DNA of 64,000 bases from the IMG/VR virus record IMGVR_UViG_3300022562_002256, positions 1 through 64,000 of that record. One strand, given 5' to 3'. A model generated the notes under the pieces. The model was not told the origin of the DNA, did not search any database, and saw nothing but the letters and a program-made list of their open reading frames with translations. Within the stretch, counting starts at the first letter, position 1; every line of letters begins with the position of its first letter. The translations under genes and the position numbers were made by a program. Below, piece by piece: positions 19,743 through 29,477 of this stretch. This DNA comes from a virus.

Positions 19743-20009
19743 GTGGTTATGGTGACCGGCATGGTGAGGCTCTTTTCGACGGCAGTCTTCTATGATGGAG
19801 TATTTCGTGTGATCGACGTCAGCTTCAGCCCCGAAGAGCGTCAAAGTTATGCGGCCGGGTTGTGTGACGCGGCGGCACATCTGGGGCACCGGGCGACGAC
19901 ATATTCCCTGCCGGACGAGGTGGAAGAGATGCGGCGAGTCGAGGGTGACGGGGCGGCCACGGCGCTTGAGGCGTGGGCGAATTGTTACAGGCCCGGTGCG
20001 TCGCCATGA
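19743..20009 (+). CDS. hypothetical protein
   Basis: Similar in pattern to next ORF (YAAG..DA....G). Confidence 0.5.
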   Translation: MVMVTGMVRLFSTAVFYDGVFRVIDVSFSPEERQSYAAGLCDAAAHLGHRATTYSLPDEVEEMRRVEGDGAATALEAWANCYRPGASP

Positions 20010-20266
20010 CGCCGCTGGGTACTCGACACCACGTTAGGGCTGACACTGTGGTCGCCACGTTCTACGAAGGCGTGTTTCTTGGACTCCACGTGGCCGACAG
20101 CGAGGAAGATGCGGTGGGGTACGCTGACGGCGTGAATGCCACTGTCATGGCGCTCGGCGTCGATGGTGGCGGTTATGTGATGCCGAGCGACGGTGACGCC
20201 ATGAAGCGAGTCGAACCGCAAGCATGGGTCGCGCTCGAGGCGTATCAGCGCAGGTACGGTACATGA
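20006..20266 (+). CDS. hypothetical protein
   Basis: ATGA overlap; VGYADGVNA resembles preceding ORF. Confidence 0.5.
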   Translation: MTPLGTRHHVRADTVVATFYEGVFLGLHVADSEEDAVGYADGVNATVMALGVDGGGYVMPSDGDAMKRVEPQAWVALEAYQRRYGT

Positions 20267-20691
20267 AAGCGTCGGTTGACGCCCTGCACGCACATGTCGT
20301 GGCGCCGGTGTGCCCCGAAGGGGTGTTCCACCGGTTCAGCGCGTCATTGTCGTCTGGCATGATGATGGCATCATGCCTCGCCGCCAGCGGTGCGTCGTGG
20401 CCGTACCTGCGCTACCTGGTGGACATGGCACGGCGGCGGGCTGAGGAACGCGCTGAGCAACTCGTGGTTGAGCGAGCCATGGCGACCGGACCTGCCACTG
20501 CCGTGTTCGGTGCGGAGGTTGACGCAGGTGCGCCTTCCGATCAGCGCAGCGATGGGTCGAGCACGCCGGAAGCCGATCTCCGTGCCATTTGCCGGCTGGC
20601 GACCGGGCGACGTCCGGCTGGCAACCGAGCGAAGAGGCGGCGGATGGCATCACCACGCTACCGGCGGCGGATGGGATGGGCGCGGTGGTGA
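20263..20691 (+). CDS. hypothetical protein
   Basis: Coupled ORF. Confidence 0.45.
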   Translation: MKASVDALHAHVVAPVCPEGVFHRFSASLSSGMMMASCLAASGASWPYLRYLVDMARRRAEERAEQLVVERAMATGPATAVFGAEVDAGAPSDQRSDGSSTPEADLRAICRLATGRRPAGNRAKRRRMASPRYRRRMGWARW

Positions 20692-20918
20692 AGGAGAAGC
20701 GCGATTTCGCGCCATTCCCATGCGCTGAATGCGGTCACGACGTCGTGTTGGCTCCCGGGCGATATCGAACGCGTGAATGCACGCCGGGGCAGCCTTTGCC
20801 AATTCCTGATGACTTCTTGTTGCCCACTTGCACAGCCTGTGGCGAGGTACACATGACCCTGGATATTTCGGAAGCGCTTGATCAACATCTTGGTGTGGTG
20901 GGAGCGCCGCCGTCGTGA
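20688..20918 (+). CDS. YgiT/MqsA-type zinc-finger protein
   Basis: FPCAECG...IPDDFLLPTCTACGEVHMT...SEALD. Confidence 0.55.
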   Translation: MKEKRDFAPFPCAECGHDVVLAPGRYRTRECTPGQPLPIPDDFLLPTCTACGEVHMTLDISEALDQHLGVVGAPPS

Positions 20919-21634
20919 CCACCACCGACCGAACCTGCCTATCGTACTGGTTCCCCTTGCTGCAGGCCACAGGTGCGCGGGTGCCTCGCACCACCATCGT
21001 GACCACCACGTTGCCGCTCTACATGATCCCCTACGGCGAGGGGGTGCCGGGGTACGTGCGGTTCCGCGACGAGGTGCGCGCGGCGTGCGACGCGATGGGA
21101 TATCCGTGCTTCTTGCGCACCGGGTACGGGTCGGGAAAGCACGCGTGGCGAGACACGTGCTACATCGAGGGCCCCGACAAGCTCGACCGGCACATCTACG
21201 AGCTGCTCGAGTGGAGCGGTACGGTCGACTTGGTGGGACTGCCCGTCAACGTTTGGGCGGTGCGCGAGTTCCTCCGACTGCGCGCCGGGTTCACCGCCTT
21301 CCGGAGCATGCCCGTGGCGACAGAGTACCGTTTCTTTTGCGACGGGGGGCGGGTGGTGTGCTCTCACCCCTACTGGCCTCCCGAGTCGATTCGTGGGCCA
21401 TCCTGCGCCGACTGGCGGGCCGTCCTCGCGGCGCAGAGCGTGATGCCGCCCCCCGGCGATTTGGGGCGCGAGGTCGCGAGGGTGGCGGATGCATTCGCCG
21501 CGCCCGGGTATTGGTCGATGGACTGGGCGCTGACCGTGGGCGGGGAGTGGTACGCGATCGACATGGCGGACGGTGCGCGGTCGTTTCACTGGCCTGGGTG
21601 CGGTGTGCCCCGGCGAGTCGCGCGGGCGGAGTAA
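20915..21634 (+). CDS. ATP-grasp domain protein (R2K/Cdc123-like)
   Basis: YPCFLRTGYGSGKH, EYRFF, WSMDW...WYAIDM. Confidence 0.75.
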   Translation: MTTTDRTCLSYWFPLLQATGARVPRTTIVTTTLPLYMIPYGEGVPGYVRFRDEVRAACDAMGYPCFLRTGYGSGKHAWRDTCYIEGPDKLDRHIYELLEWSGTVDLVGLPVNVWAVREFLRLRAGFTAFRSMPVATEYRFFCDGGRVVCSHPYWPPESIRGPSCADWRAVLAAQSVMPPPGDLGREVARVADAFAAPGYWSMDWALTVGGEWYAIDMADGARSFHWPGCGVPRRVARAE

Positions 21635-21638
21635 GCGA

Positions 21639-21932
21639 ATGAGTGAGAAATTCAACAGCGGGCGGGGCGCGGTCATCTGCGATGGGTGCCGCACCATGTT
21701 GTTGGCGGACCGGCTGCCTGGTGGCGGGTTCGCCCGGGTCATCAAGCCCGTGCTCATCGCGGCGCGCAATCCCGATGAGCCAGACATGTGGCTGTCGCAG
21801 GTCGACTTTTGCTCAGCCGCGTGTGCCCACGCCTATTGTCAAAGCGAGGACTGTGAGCCGGCGGAGAGACCTGCCATCTGCCTCGCTCTTGCCGGCTACT
21901 ACGAGGGCATCAAGGAAGCGGCGCGTGACTGA
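21639..21932 (+). CDS. Cys-rich hypothetical protein
   Basis: CDGC...FCSAAC. Confidence 0.55.
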   Translation: MSEKFNSGRGAVICDGCRTMLLADRLPGGGFARVIKPVLIAARNPDEPDMWLSQVDFCSAACAHAYCQSEDCEPAERPAICLALAGYYEGIKEAARD

Positions 21933-22167
21933 CAAGAGCCACGCCGAGCGGATCGCTGCCGTGCTCGACGGTCGAGCACGGCACGCCGTGCTTTGCGCTC
22001 GCGTGGAAGCCATCGAGCCACTGCTCCCCGATGGGTGCGCCTCGCTCATGCCCACCGACGATTGATGTGAGGGCGACCGCGCGCCGTCGCGCCTCGGCCG
22101 AGGCGCGACGGTCGGCAGCTACGCCTGCTGTAGCGGGCGCGGCCCGTCTCTTGCTTTTCTCGCGCGC

Positions 22168-22644
22168 ATGGGAGACGGCCGCCGGTTCACCGAATACGCA
22201 GCGTACATCCACCGCAACTTCCCCCGCGCTCGGCTCGTGGCCGACGTCGCGGGCGGTGCTGGCCGCCTCAACGTGGCGCTTTCTCGACTCGGCCACGATG
22301 TGACCACGCACGACCCCGCCGCGCCAGCCACGGCCCGAATCCGGGTTGTGCGGGCGCTGTTCACGGTCGATACACCGGGCGACTTCGATCTGATCGTCGG
22401 TCTGCATCCGGACGCGGCGACCGATGTGATCGTTGTGGTGGCGTGTGCCCGTCGTGTCCCGTTTGTGGTGGTGCCCTGCTGCGTCTTGCCGACGGCGACG
22501 CGATTCGACGGGCCCCGCAACGCTCGCGCATGGATGGCGCACCTCGAGCGCACGGCTGTGCGAGGTGGCATGCGTGTCGAGCGGGGGCGCCTACGCATCA
22601 CGGGGCAGGCCGACGTGCTCACCGGACGACCCGCTAGGGTCTAG
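22168..22644 (+). CDS. SAM-dependent methyltransferase-like protein
   Basis: VADVAGGAGRL motif I; DLIVGLHPDAATD...PFVVVPCC. Confidence 0.7.
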   Translation: MGDGRRFTEYAAYIHRNFPRARLVADVAGGAGRLNVALSRLGHDVTTHDPAAPATARIRVVRALFTVDTPGDFDLIVGLHPDAATDVIVVVACARRVPFVVVPCCVLPTATRFDGPRNARAWMAHLERTAVRGGMRVERGRLRITGQADVLTGRPARV

Positions 22645-23429
22645 CGGGTCACGTGTGGCCGAAGGATGCCTCGTAGTTTTGCCTTCGCGCTTACCTCGAT
22701 CTGGCGAATGCGCTCCCGTGACAGCCCCATGATGTTGCCGACCTCGGCGAGGGTCCGCACCTCTTTGCCCCCGGCCTTGTTCGGGTCAAACGGGGTGGGC
22801 GCACGGTCGAGGAATCGTAGCACGATGACCTTGCGCTCGGCGGGGCTCAGGCCGTTCAGTGCCGCTCGCACGGCCGCCGCGCGCTCGCTGGCGCTGGCCT
22901 GTTCTTCGGGTGTGTCTTGGGCGGTGCCGAGGATGTCGTGCTTGGTCTTGCCTCCTCCGTCATCAAAGGTCGCGACGTCGAGCGAGTCGGCATCACGGTC
23001 GCGAAGGTTCCAAGCGTCACGGACGAACCGATAGCTCGGCCTGGTCAACTCGGCTGCATCTTCGGCGGTGGCGGCGCCGCGCCGCTTTGCCGACCGGAGC
23101 GCATCCTGCAGGTAGACCGGCACGCGGACTTGTCGCTCGTGATTCTGGATCTCGCGTTGGATCCGATGCCGAACCCAATGAGCAGCGTACGTGCTCAGTT
23201 CGATCCCGCGAGAAGGGTCGTACTTGGCGGTCAACGCGTAAGCGAACCCCTGAAGCCCCGCTGCCATGAGGTCGTCGCGGAGGTGGCGCCGCCCGACCAG
23301 GAAGCGCTTAACGACCGACGCGACGAAGCCCTTGTGGGCCTTGATGATCGCATCTATCAGGCGGCGGTCCCCTGTCGCCTGAGCTTGTGCGATCAGCGCC
23401 CGGCCGGTTTCGCCGCGATAAGGGTTCAA
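22641..23429 (-). CDS. sigma70-family RNA polymerase sigma factor
   Basis: Region 2 DDLMAAG...YDPSRGIELSTYAAHWVRHRI and region 4 TLAEVGNIMGLSRERIRQIE; start TTG 23429 inferred. Confidence 0.92.
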   Translation of the reverse strand: MNPYRGETGRALIAQAQATGDRRLIDAIIKAHKGFVASVVKRFLVGRRHLRDDLMAAGLQGFAYALTAKYDPSRGIELSTYAAHWVRHRIQREIQNHERQVRVPVYLQDALRSAKRRGAATAEDAAELTRPSYRFVRDAWNLRDRDADSLDVATFDDGGGKTKHDILGTAQDTPEEQASASERAAAVRAALNGLSPAERKVIVLRFLDRAPTPFDPNKAGGKEVRTLAEVGNIMGLSRERIRQIEVSAKAKLRGILRPHVTR

Positions 23430-23500
23430 CTTATGTACCCCGACGGTAGCGCCCCATGCGTGAGGTGTGCGACTTCGTGGTCGATGACGCTGGGGTTCAT
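23426..23500 (-). CDS. putative 24-aa leader ORF coupled to the sigma gene
   Basis: ATG 15 nt from sigma54 motif 23514-23529; its TGA overlaps TTG 23429. Confidence 0.4.
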   Translation of the reverse strand: MNPSVIDHEVAHLTHGALPSGYIS

Positions 23501-23611
23501 GTCGTTTCATCGATGCACACCGCGTGCCACTGTAGCGTGCATCGACTTCGGGCCAGTCCTTCGTTCGACAAGCGGCCGCTCCCGCGCCGGGCAATCGTCA
23601 CGTCCCCGCCC

Positions 23612-23855
23612 GCGCACTTCTTGCGTTTAGCCGGCAGAATTTACCGGCACCTGCTGACAGCCGGTTGAGCGCTAGATCGTGCGCGTCGGAGTGGCCAACT
23701 TCACCAAGTGGCCAAAATCGGCGCGCAAACGGTGCGTGTTGGGGTGATAGTCCAGGATTGGTGTACCAACAGCGCCGGCCGGACCCCGCGAGATCGCGCG
23801 GCAACGCCGTGGTGGCACGCATGCAAGAGGACGCGCCGTTGGCACAGCGCGTGCA
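23612..23855 (+). repeat. intergenic cassette A, copy 2 (ends in sigma54 motif 23840-23855)
   Basis: GCGCACTTCTTGCGTTTAGCCGGCAGAATTTACCGGCACCTG shared with 49847 and 57257. Confidence 0.85.
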
Positions 23856-23868
23856 AGTGTGTACCCCC

Positions 23869-24333
23869 ATGAAGACGCCCCTCACCAGCACCGACTTCGC
23901 CCTCGCCGCCGCGCAACCCCTCACCCTGGCAGACGCGCTGGTCGATGTCGCGGACATCGCGGCGCGACTGGCGCGCTACGACGGGCGACTCGGAGACTGG
24001 GCGGGTTCGATTGATGCCGTCGACCACTGGGTGGTCGACGGTTTCCGGACCGCCGTCAAGCTCCTCGCAGCTCGGGTGGCACGGTTCCTGGCGCCGAGCG
24101 AGGCGACGGTGGTCGGGTGGGCGCTCGACCACGTGTGCGCGGGCGACGCGTACGCTACGCGCGAGCTCGCCGGGCGGTTCGCATCGGCGGTGGCTCGCAA
24201 CCGCATGGTGCGCGCGATTGAGGCAAGGCTGGACGCGCCGCGGTGGGGCAAACTGTGCGAGGCGCTAAGGCGCGGGAGCGCCTCGTCGAAGCAGATGGAT
24301 CTGGCGCGTGATCTCGTCGCGGAGGCGGCGTGA
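23869..24333 (+). CDS. hypothetical protein
   Basis: ATG 15 nt from sigma54 motif. Confidence 0.6.
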   Translation: MKTPLTSTDFALAAAQPLTLADALVDVADIAARLARYDGRLGDWAGSIDAVDHWVVDGFRTAVKLLAARVARFLAPSEATVVGWALDHVCAGDAYATRELAGRFASAVARNRMVRAIEARLDAPRWGKLCEALRRGSASSKQMDLARDLVAEAA

Positions 24334-24470
24334 CAGCGAAACGCACACACGGTGGCGGCTCTCACCTACCCATCGGGATGCGACGGGTGTGCCCATGACC
24401 AGCAGCGCATAACGGCGCCGGGTCGGATGCGCGCCTGCTTGGTGGCACGGTTCGTGCTTAGCTGTGAGCC

Positions 24471-25463
24471 ATGAACATGACCCAAGGAGAGCGGGAATTT
24501 TTGGTTGCTGTCGGTATCCACGGCGCTGTGCGCGAGGGGCGGCAGTGGCGCGCCGGCGGCATCGTCATCAGCCGCACAGCCATCGGGCGGCTGATCCGCG
24601 GGGGATATCTGACGGGCCACAGGGGAGTGGTGCGCCGCGATCTGACGCAGCTCGGCCGCCGCGCCATCGCCCAGGGGAAGGCACCATCCGTGGGGGTGGA
24701 GGTGATCGCACGTGGGCACAACACGACGCTGCGTGGCCGCGTGGCATGCGCCACGACGCATGAAGCACTCCTCGTCCCGAGCGACTCACCGCGACCGTCA
24801 CCGGACGGTGTCCCGGTGGTGTACGTGGTGCATCGCCCGCACGCGGGTGCCCCGTGGAAGGGCTACATGTCTCCGGTGGGACTCCACATCCGCGGGCCCG
24901 GTGCGCGCGTGCTGGATGCCCTTCTCCCGCCTGCGTGGCGTGCTCCACTGACGTCCCGCCCCCACACTGCAGCACGACTCGTCGAGGTGTCCGACCGCCT
25001 CGCGTTGATCGGCGCGAGGCCGACCACTGTGGAGGAAAAGGCTGCCGAGGCTGCGCTGCCGTTGTCGTCTGTGCGGTGGTGGCTTCGGGTGTGGGAGGAG
25101 CAGCGGCGACGCCGTGCTCGCGCGTACAAGCTGGCTGCGGAAGTGCCGGCGCATGAGCGCTACCTGTCGGAGACTATTCGGCGCGACCCTGCGCCCTTCC
25201 TGGCGGCCGAGTTAGATGCCGCCATCGGAAAAATGAAACGGGACATTCTGCCCACCTTCGATGGTGCGGCGCGGAGTGACATGGCCGCTGTGCGGCCACT
25301 GGAGTGGTTCATAGCGAGACACCGAGAGATGTGGATTTTGGAGGACACGGTGTCCCGTGCTTACCCCGAGGTTGAAGCCTGGGCTCGCGACGTGGTGACG
25401 GCACGCCGCGAGCGTCAGCGCCAGTGGGACGCGCGGCTCGCTCAGCAGCGCGGAACGCCCTAG
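24471..25463 (+). CDS. hypothetical protein
   Basis: 330-aa ORF; TGGCACGGTTCGTGCT (24443-24458) is 14 nt from ATG. Confidence 0.6.
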   Translation: MNMTQGEREFLVAVGIHGAVREGRQWRAGGIVISRTAIGRLIRGGYLTGHRGVVRRDLTQLGRRAIAQGKAPSVGVEVIARGHNTTLRGRVACATTHEALLVPSDSPRPSPDGVPVVYVVHRPHAGAPWKGYMSPVGLHIRGPGARVLDALLPPAWRAPLTSRPHTAARLVEVSDRLALIGARPTTVEEKAAEAALPLSSVRWWLRVWEEQRRRRARAYKLAAEVPAHERYLSETIRRDPAPFLAAELDAAIGKMKRDILPTFDGAARSDMAAVRPLEWFIARHREMWILEDTVSRAYPEVEAWARDVVTARRERQRQWDARLAQQRGTP

Positions 25464-25517
25464 CCAACGCGATCACCCGAGGCGACAAGTGGCACGGCGC
25501 GTGCATATATGGTGGGC

Positions 25518-25964
25518 ATGATGAAGTGGAACGGCAAACCGAAACCGCCCCGCGTCGACGCGGGGCAGTGGTGGGGCACTTTGGTTGACTACAGCTTTGA
25601 CGGGACCGACATCATGGTCGGACACGTGAGACGCCTTCACCCCGATTGTGTGTCGATCGGCGATTCCACCGACACCGTGCCACATGGCCAAGTTTACCTG
25701 GGTTGCGGCGAGCGACCTTCCCCGTCCCCCGGCATGGTCGAACGACTCGCACGCGTGGGGAGCCGCGTGCTCCCCGGTCCCACGCGAGGGGCTGCGCTCG
25801 ATGACCGCGATCCAAAGGGGCGATGGCTCCTGCGGGAGATCGCCAAGGACGTGGCGATCGGAGAGGCCGAGCGGCGAGCCAAAGGGGAGGCGAGCAAGCT
25901 GACCCCAACTGAGTTGGTGATGCTCGAGACGTGGCGCTCGCTGCGCACGCTGGGGTACGCGTAA
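25518..25964 (+). CDS. hypothetical protein
   Basis: sigma54 motif 25490-25505 is 14 nt from ATG. Confidence 0.6.
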   Translation: MMKWNGKPKPPRVDAGQWWGTLVDYSFDGTDIMVGHVRRLHPDCVSIGDSTDTVPHGQVYLGCGERPSPSPGMVERLARVGSRVLPGPTRGAALDDRDPKGRWLLREIAKDVAIGEAERRAKGEASKLTPTELVMLETWRSLRTLGYA

Positions 25965-25994
25965 CGTGGCCCGATTCGTGCAAGGAGGTCGGTC

Positions 25995-26399
25995 GTGAAC
26001 ACCGACACAACTGTGATTGATGACACGGCCGTCCGAGCGTTTGGCACGCGCTGGAGCCTCGATGGAGGCGACGTCCTCGTCCTCATGGAGGTGGTGGGGC
26101 GTTGCTCTGTCGCTCTCGCTGCGGGGGTCGGTGGGAAGTGGCCGGGATGGGGCTACGCTGCGGTTTGCGAAGACGCCGACGACGGGCAGATGCCGCCCCT
26201 CGTGGACGTGCGCGTTCCGCTCTCGCGATGGGGCGAATTCGTAGCCGCCGTGGTGGATCTCCTCGTCGATGGTGAGGACGTCAGGATCTACCCGAACCGC
26301 CACTTCGCGGCCAAGTGTATGTTGGCCGGGGAGTGGGAAGACCACCCGATCGGCCAGGCGCTGCTCGGAACAGCAGACGCCGTCCGCCGAGTGGCATAG
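25995..26399 (+). CDS. hypothetical protein
   Basis: Motif 25967-25982 and AGGAGG upstream of GTG. Confidence 0.6.
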   Translation: MNTDTTVIDDTAVRAFGTRWSLDGGDVLVLMEVVGRCSVALAAGVGGKWPGWGYAAVCEDADDGQMPPLVDVRVPLSRWGEFVAAVVDLLVDGEDVRIYPNRHFAAKCMLAGEWEDHPIGQALLGTADAVRRVA

Positions 26400-26418
26400 T
26401 ACTTGCAGGGCAACCGTT

Positions 26419-26736
26419 ATGTTCATCGCCTTGCTCTCAGGCCGGATTCAGCACTGTTCCTGTGACGCCGGTTGCTCTACCGGCTGGGTCAGGCTGAATG
26501 CAACCGATCCCGTGGCAGCGGTTAAGGAGGCGACCGCCCTGTACCCGACATATTGGCCTGGGTGCGGGCGTGCGCTGCTCGCGGTGAGAGCTATCAAGGT
26601 CGTGGAAGTGGCGATGGAAGTCGACCTCGCAGATGATATCCAGGCGGTTGAGGAGGCGCGACGTGGTGAGTGCGCCAGGCGGTCTGAGTGTGAGCACCAG
26701 CCCAAGCGGCGGGTGTCGCCCACAATTTCGCGGTGA
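26419..26736 (+). CDS. hypothetical protein
   Basis: TGGCATAGTACTTGCA (26392-26407) upstream. Confidence 0.5.
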   Translation: MFIALLSGRIQHCSCDAGCSTGWVRLNATDPVAAVKEATALYPTYWPGCGRALLAVRAIKVVEVAMEVDLADDIQAVEEARRGECARRSECEHQPKRRVSPTISR

Positions 26737-26999
26737 GTGTTCATGATTGAGAGGCGTTGGTGGGGCGGGGTTGTTGAGCGGATTGAGCGTGTCCCGGGGG
26801 GCCCGCCACATGTTCCACGTGCATCGCGGCCGTACAGTGGCGTGCCTCAGCCGACGACGGTTGGTTGGCTAACTGCTGGAGACGGCAAACGGTGCTGCCG
26901 TTCAAATGCCGAACGCGTGGCTCGGCGGCGTCGGCGCCGCCAGCGCGGGAAGAGGTAGAACTTGGGGGGGGGCGGAAACACGAAGAGAAGGAGGACAGC

Positions 27000-27668
27000 A
27001 TGCCTTTGCGTGCGAGGACAGATACGGCTCCGGAACCGGAGCAAACGTGGGACGGCCGCGGCCAGGAACCCGGTGAGAAGAACTACGGGCGGTCGCTTAC
27101 CATCGTGGAGGCGCTCGCCGGGGATCGCGTGCGCGTGCGGCACGACGGTCTCCACGGCCGGGTGAATGGCACCATGTCGTACGACAGCCTATGGTCGGGG
27201 TGGGCGCTTCGGCCCAAGGTTGCGACGGCGCCGCCCCCCGCCGAAGCCCCGCCCCCGGTGGCCGAGCCGCCGGAAACGAAACTCGCGGAGACGGCCGTCA
27301 TGGCGAAAGCACCGGGCGGGGCAGTGTTCGATGGGCTGTACACCACGCCGGTTGATGTGACCGGCGTGCAGGATGGAATCGCCCTGCCGTCCCAGGTGTC
27401 GCTGCCGCTGGCCGAGCAGGCGCAAGGTCCCAACCCCGCGCCGAACGCTCATGCCGCCCCGACGCCGTCGGCGAGAACCGTCTCCGCGCTGGAGCGTATC
27501 GCCATCGCGTTGGAGAACGCTGTGGCTTTATTCAAGCGCTATGCGTCGGCGACCGACCCCATCGCCCAGGCGGCGCTCGGGGACGCACGGGATGCAGGTA
27601 GGCTGGCGAGGGGGTTGGCCAACGGCCATGACGCTTGCGAGGAACGCCCCATCCCGCGCGAGGAGTGA
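27000..27668 (+). CDS. Pro/Ala-rich hypothetical protein
   Basis: GGAGGA SD. Confidence 0.55.
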   Translation: MPLRARTDTAPEPEQTWDGRGQEPGEKNYGRSLTIVEALAGDRVRVRHDGLHGRVNGTMSYDSLWSGWALRPKVATAPPPAEAPPPVAEPPETKLAETAVMAKAPGGAVFDGLYTTPVDVTGVQDGIALPSQVSLPLAEQAQGPNPAPNAHAAPTPSARTVSALERIAIALENAVALFKRYASATDPIAQAALGDARDAGRLARGLANGHDACEERPIPREE

Positions 27669-27680
27669 CCGCCAACCACC

Positions 27681-28103
27681 ATGAGCGCCCCCACCGCCCC
27701 GCCGTGTCTCCGCCAGTCGGCCAGGTTCTACGCCATGGCTCGGGCGGTGGCTCGAGCCGTGCGGTGGGGGCTCGAGCGGGGCATGGTGGACACCGCCATC
27801 CATCAGGCAGCCATGATCGAAATCCGCCGGTTGATGGCGGACGGTATGGCGCTTCGTGTGCAGGAGCGGCTCGTCGAGGCACGTCGCTCCATCGGGACCA
27901 CCGTCCGCTCGCATTACCGGGCGCGGTGGTATGGGGTGGTCGTAGGGTGCTCTACCACCCCAGGCTTGGAGCAGTGTGTCGTGGTGCGGATCACGCACGA
28001 TCGGAACGGTAAGCCGGTCGCCAAACCCAACTCGCCGGGGCGGTTGATCGAGATCGATCCGGTATGGCTCACGCTTACCCCGCCTCCTAAAGCCGAGACA
28101 TGA
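27681..28103 (+). CDS. hypothetical protein
   Basis: ORF in co-directional run. Confidence 0.55.
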   Translation: MSAPTAPPCLRQSARFYAMARAVARAVRWGLERGMVDTAIHQAAMIEIRRLMADGMALRVQERLVEARRSIGTTVRSHYRARWYGVVVGCSTTPGLEQCVVVRITHDRNGKPVAKPNSPGRLIEIDPVWLTLTPPPKAET

Positions 28104-28363
28104 CACCGAACCGTCGCCACGCCCCTGAGCCAACGATGCCCCGGCGTACCGATCGCCCCGCTGCCCCGCCGCCATCGAGCCCCCTGTCGCTGATGGACCT
28201 GGTGGCGCTCGACCTGCTCGACTCGCGCTACACCGCGGCTCTGGCGAGCGCATCAGCCGGCGACACGACAGCGCTCGCGAAGGCGCACCGTGCGCTCGAC
28301 GAGATGGAAGCCATCCTCTCAAAGAAGCTGCAGTGTAGACCTAGCGGCGGCCCGATGATATAA
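28100..28363 (+). CDS. hypothetical protein
   Basis: ATGA overlap. Confidence 0.45.
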   Translation: MTPNRRHAPEPTMPRRTDRPAAPPPSSPLSLMDLVALDLLDSRYTAALASASAGDTTALAKAHRALDEMEAILSKKLQCRPSGGPMI

Positions 28364-28540
28364 CTGGCCCACCGCTCGCGGGCGAGGTCTTGGACGCCAC
28401 ATGATGTCTACAGCGCTTGACGACATGGTTCGCCGTGGCGCGACCGACATCCACCTCACGACGGGCGAGCGTGTCGGTCGACGGCATGCCGCCTTCTTTC
28501 GGGCATATGGGTTCGCCCCTGTCGATTGGCATCTTGGTCG

Positions 28541-29176
28541 CTATCGACGTGGCACATCGGAGGTCGTGTGGGTGAGACCGCCGGGAGGCATCATCCACTC
28601 CAGCAGCGAGGCCACGACATCGCCGTGCCACAGGTTGAAAACGGGGACGCCGTGAGCGGCGGCGATGCGGATGGCCTGGCCTGTTCCCCCGGTACTTCGC
28701 GACGTCTGCACGCGCACTCCGTCGGCGCCATCCGGCGTCCAGCACAACACGAACGCCGATGCCCGATCGAGTCCGGGCCCAAGGATTTGGTGGACGTTGC
28801 GGGCATGTAGTGCCCGTGCTCCCGGCGACAACCGCGCCCAACCCGGGTGATACCGTGCTGCGATGGCGTGAGCTTGCGGGGATGCTTCGGGTTGAAGCAG
28901 GCTTGGTATGGGGCGGCCCCACCGGTTGACCGCGTCGAACCCAGCCCACGGCAGGTATACCTCCGCCCATCCGCTAGCCCCCAGCAAGAAATAGGTGTCG
29001 GCCCCCTCAGCGCCACCCGTGCGCAGCCTCCATCCTCCTCGCCACACCAGTTCCTCGGCAGCACGTCGCATGAGCGCCAACACGTCAGGCGGCGTTCGAC
29101 GCGACCCGATACCAGTGTACGCGGCCGGGGTCGGTGTCGAGTCGACCAGCGACCGAAACGACTTGTGGTCAGCCAT
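28541..29176 (-). CDS. SLOG / DprA-Smf-like Rossmann-fold protein
   Basis: YTGIGSRRTP...LRTGGAEGAD...YLPWAGF...HARNVHQILG...GGTGQAIRIA. Confidence 0.85.
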   Translation of the reverse strand: MADHKSFRSLVDSTPTPAAYTGIGSRRTPPDVLALMRRAAEELVWRGGWRLRTGGAEGADTYFLLGASGWAEVYLPWAGFDAVNRWGRPIPSLLQPEASPQAHAIAARYHPGWARLSPGARALHARNVHQILGPGLDRASAFVLCWTPDGADGVRVQTSRSTGGTGQAIRIAAAHGVPVFNLWHGDVVASLLEWMMPPGGLTHTTSDVPRR

Positions 29177-29477
29177 GGCCCTGCCCTGCACGCCATGCCA
29201 GAAACTCGCGCCCCACGCCCGCGTGGGGAAGGGGTCGCTCATCAGCCTGCCGTTGCTTGAGCACCTCCGCGCGAGCGAACGCCACAACGTCGGGCCACCC
29301 CGCGAACTCGCGACTGTACGCAGTGTAGCCGTGACGAGTGACGCTCGTCACGGCCATGCCCTCGGTGGCCACGACGGCATCCCTTGCGGCGTAGGGTGGG
29401 CGCTGGAGCACGACATTGCCGCCGTCGCGCGCGAGGAGCCAGCCGTCGTTCTTGTCCAAGGCGAGAAGCGAGATCAC
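29169..29477 (-). CDS. hypothetical protein
   Basis: Coupled ORF. Confidence 0.5.
   Translation of the reverse strand: MISLLALDKNDGWLLARDGGNVVLQRPPYAARDAVVATEGMAVTSVTRHGYTAYSREFAGWPDVVAFARAEVLKQRQADERPLPHAGVGREFLAWRAGQGHG

Noticed and set aside
17685-19889. 734-aa minus-strand ORF (also 50808-51878, 29982-31154, 42136-43880 and similar)
   Set aside because: Arg/Pro-rich shadow frames opposite well-supported genes, expected at this GC content
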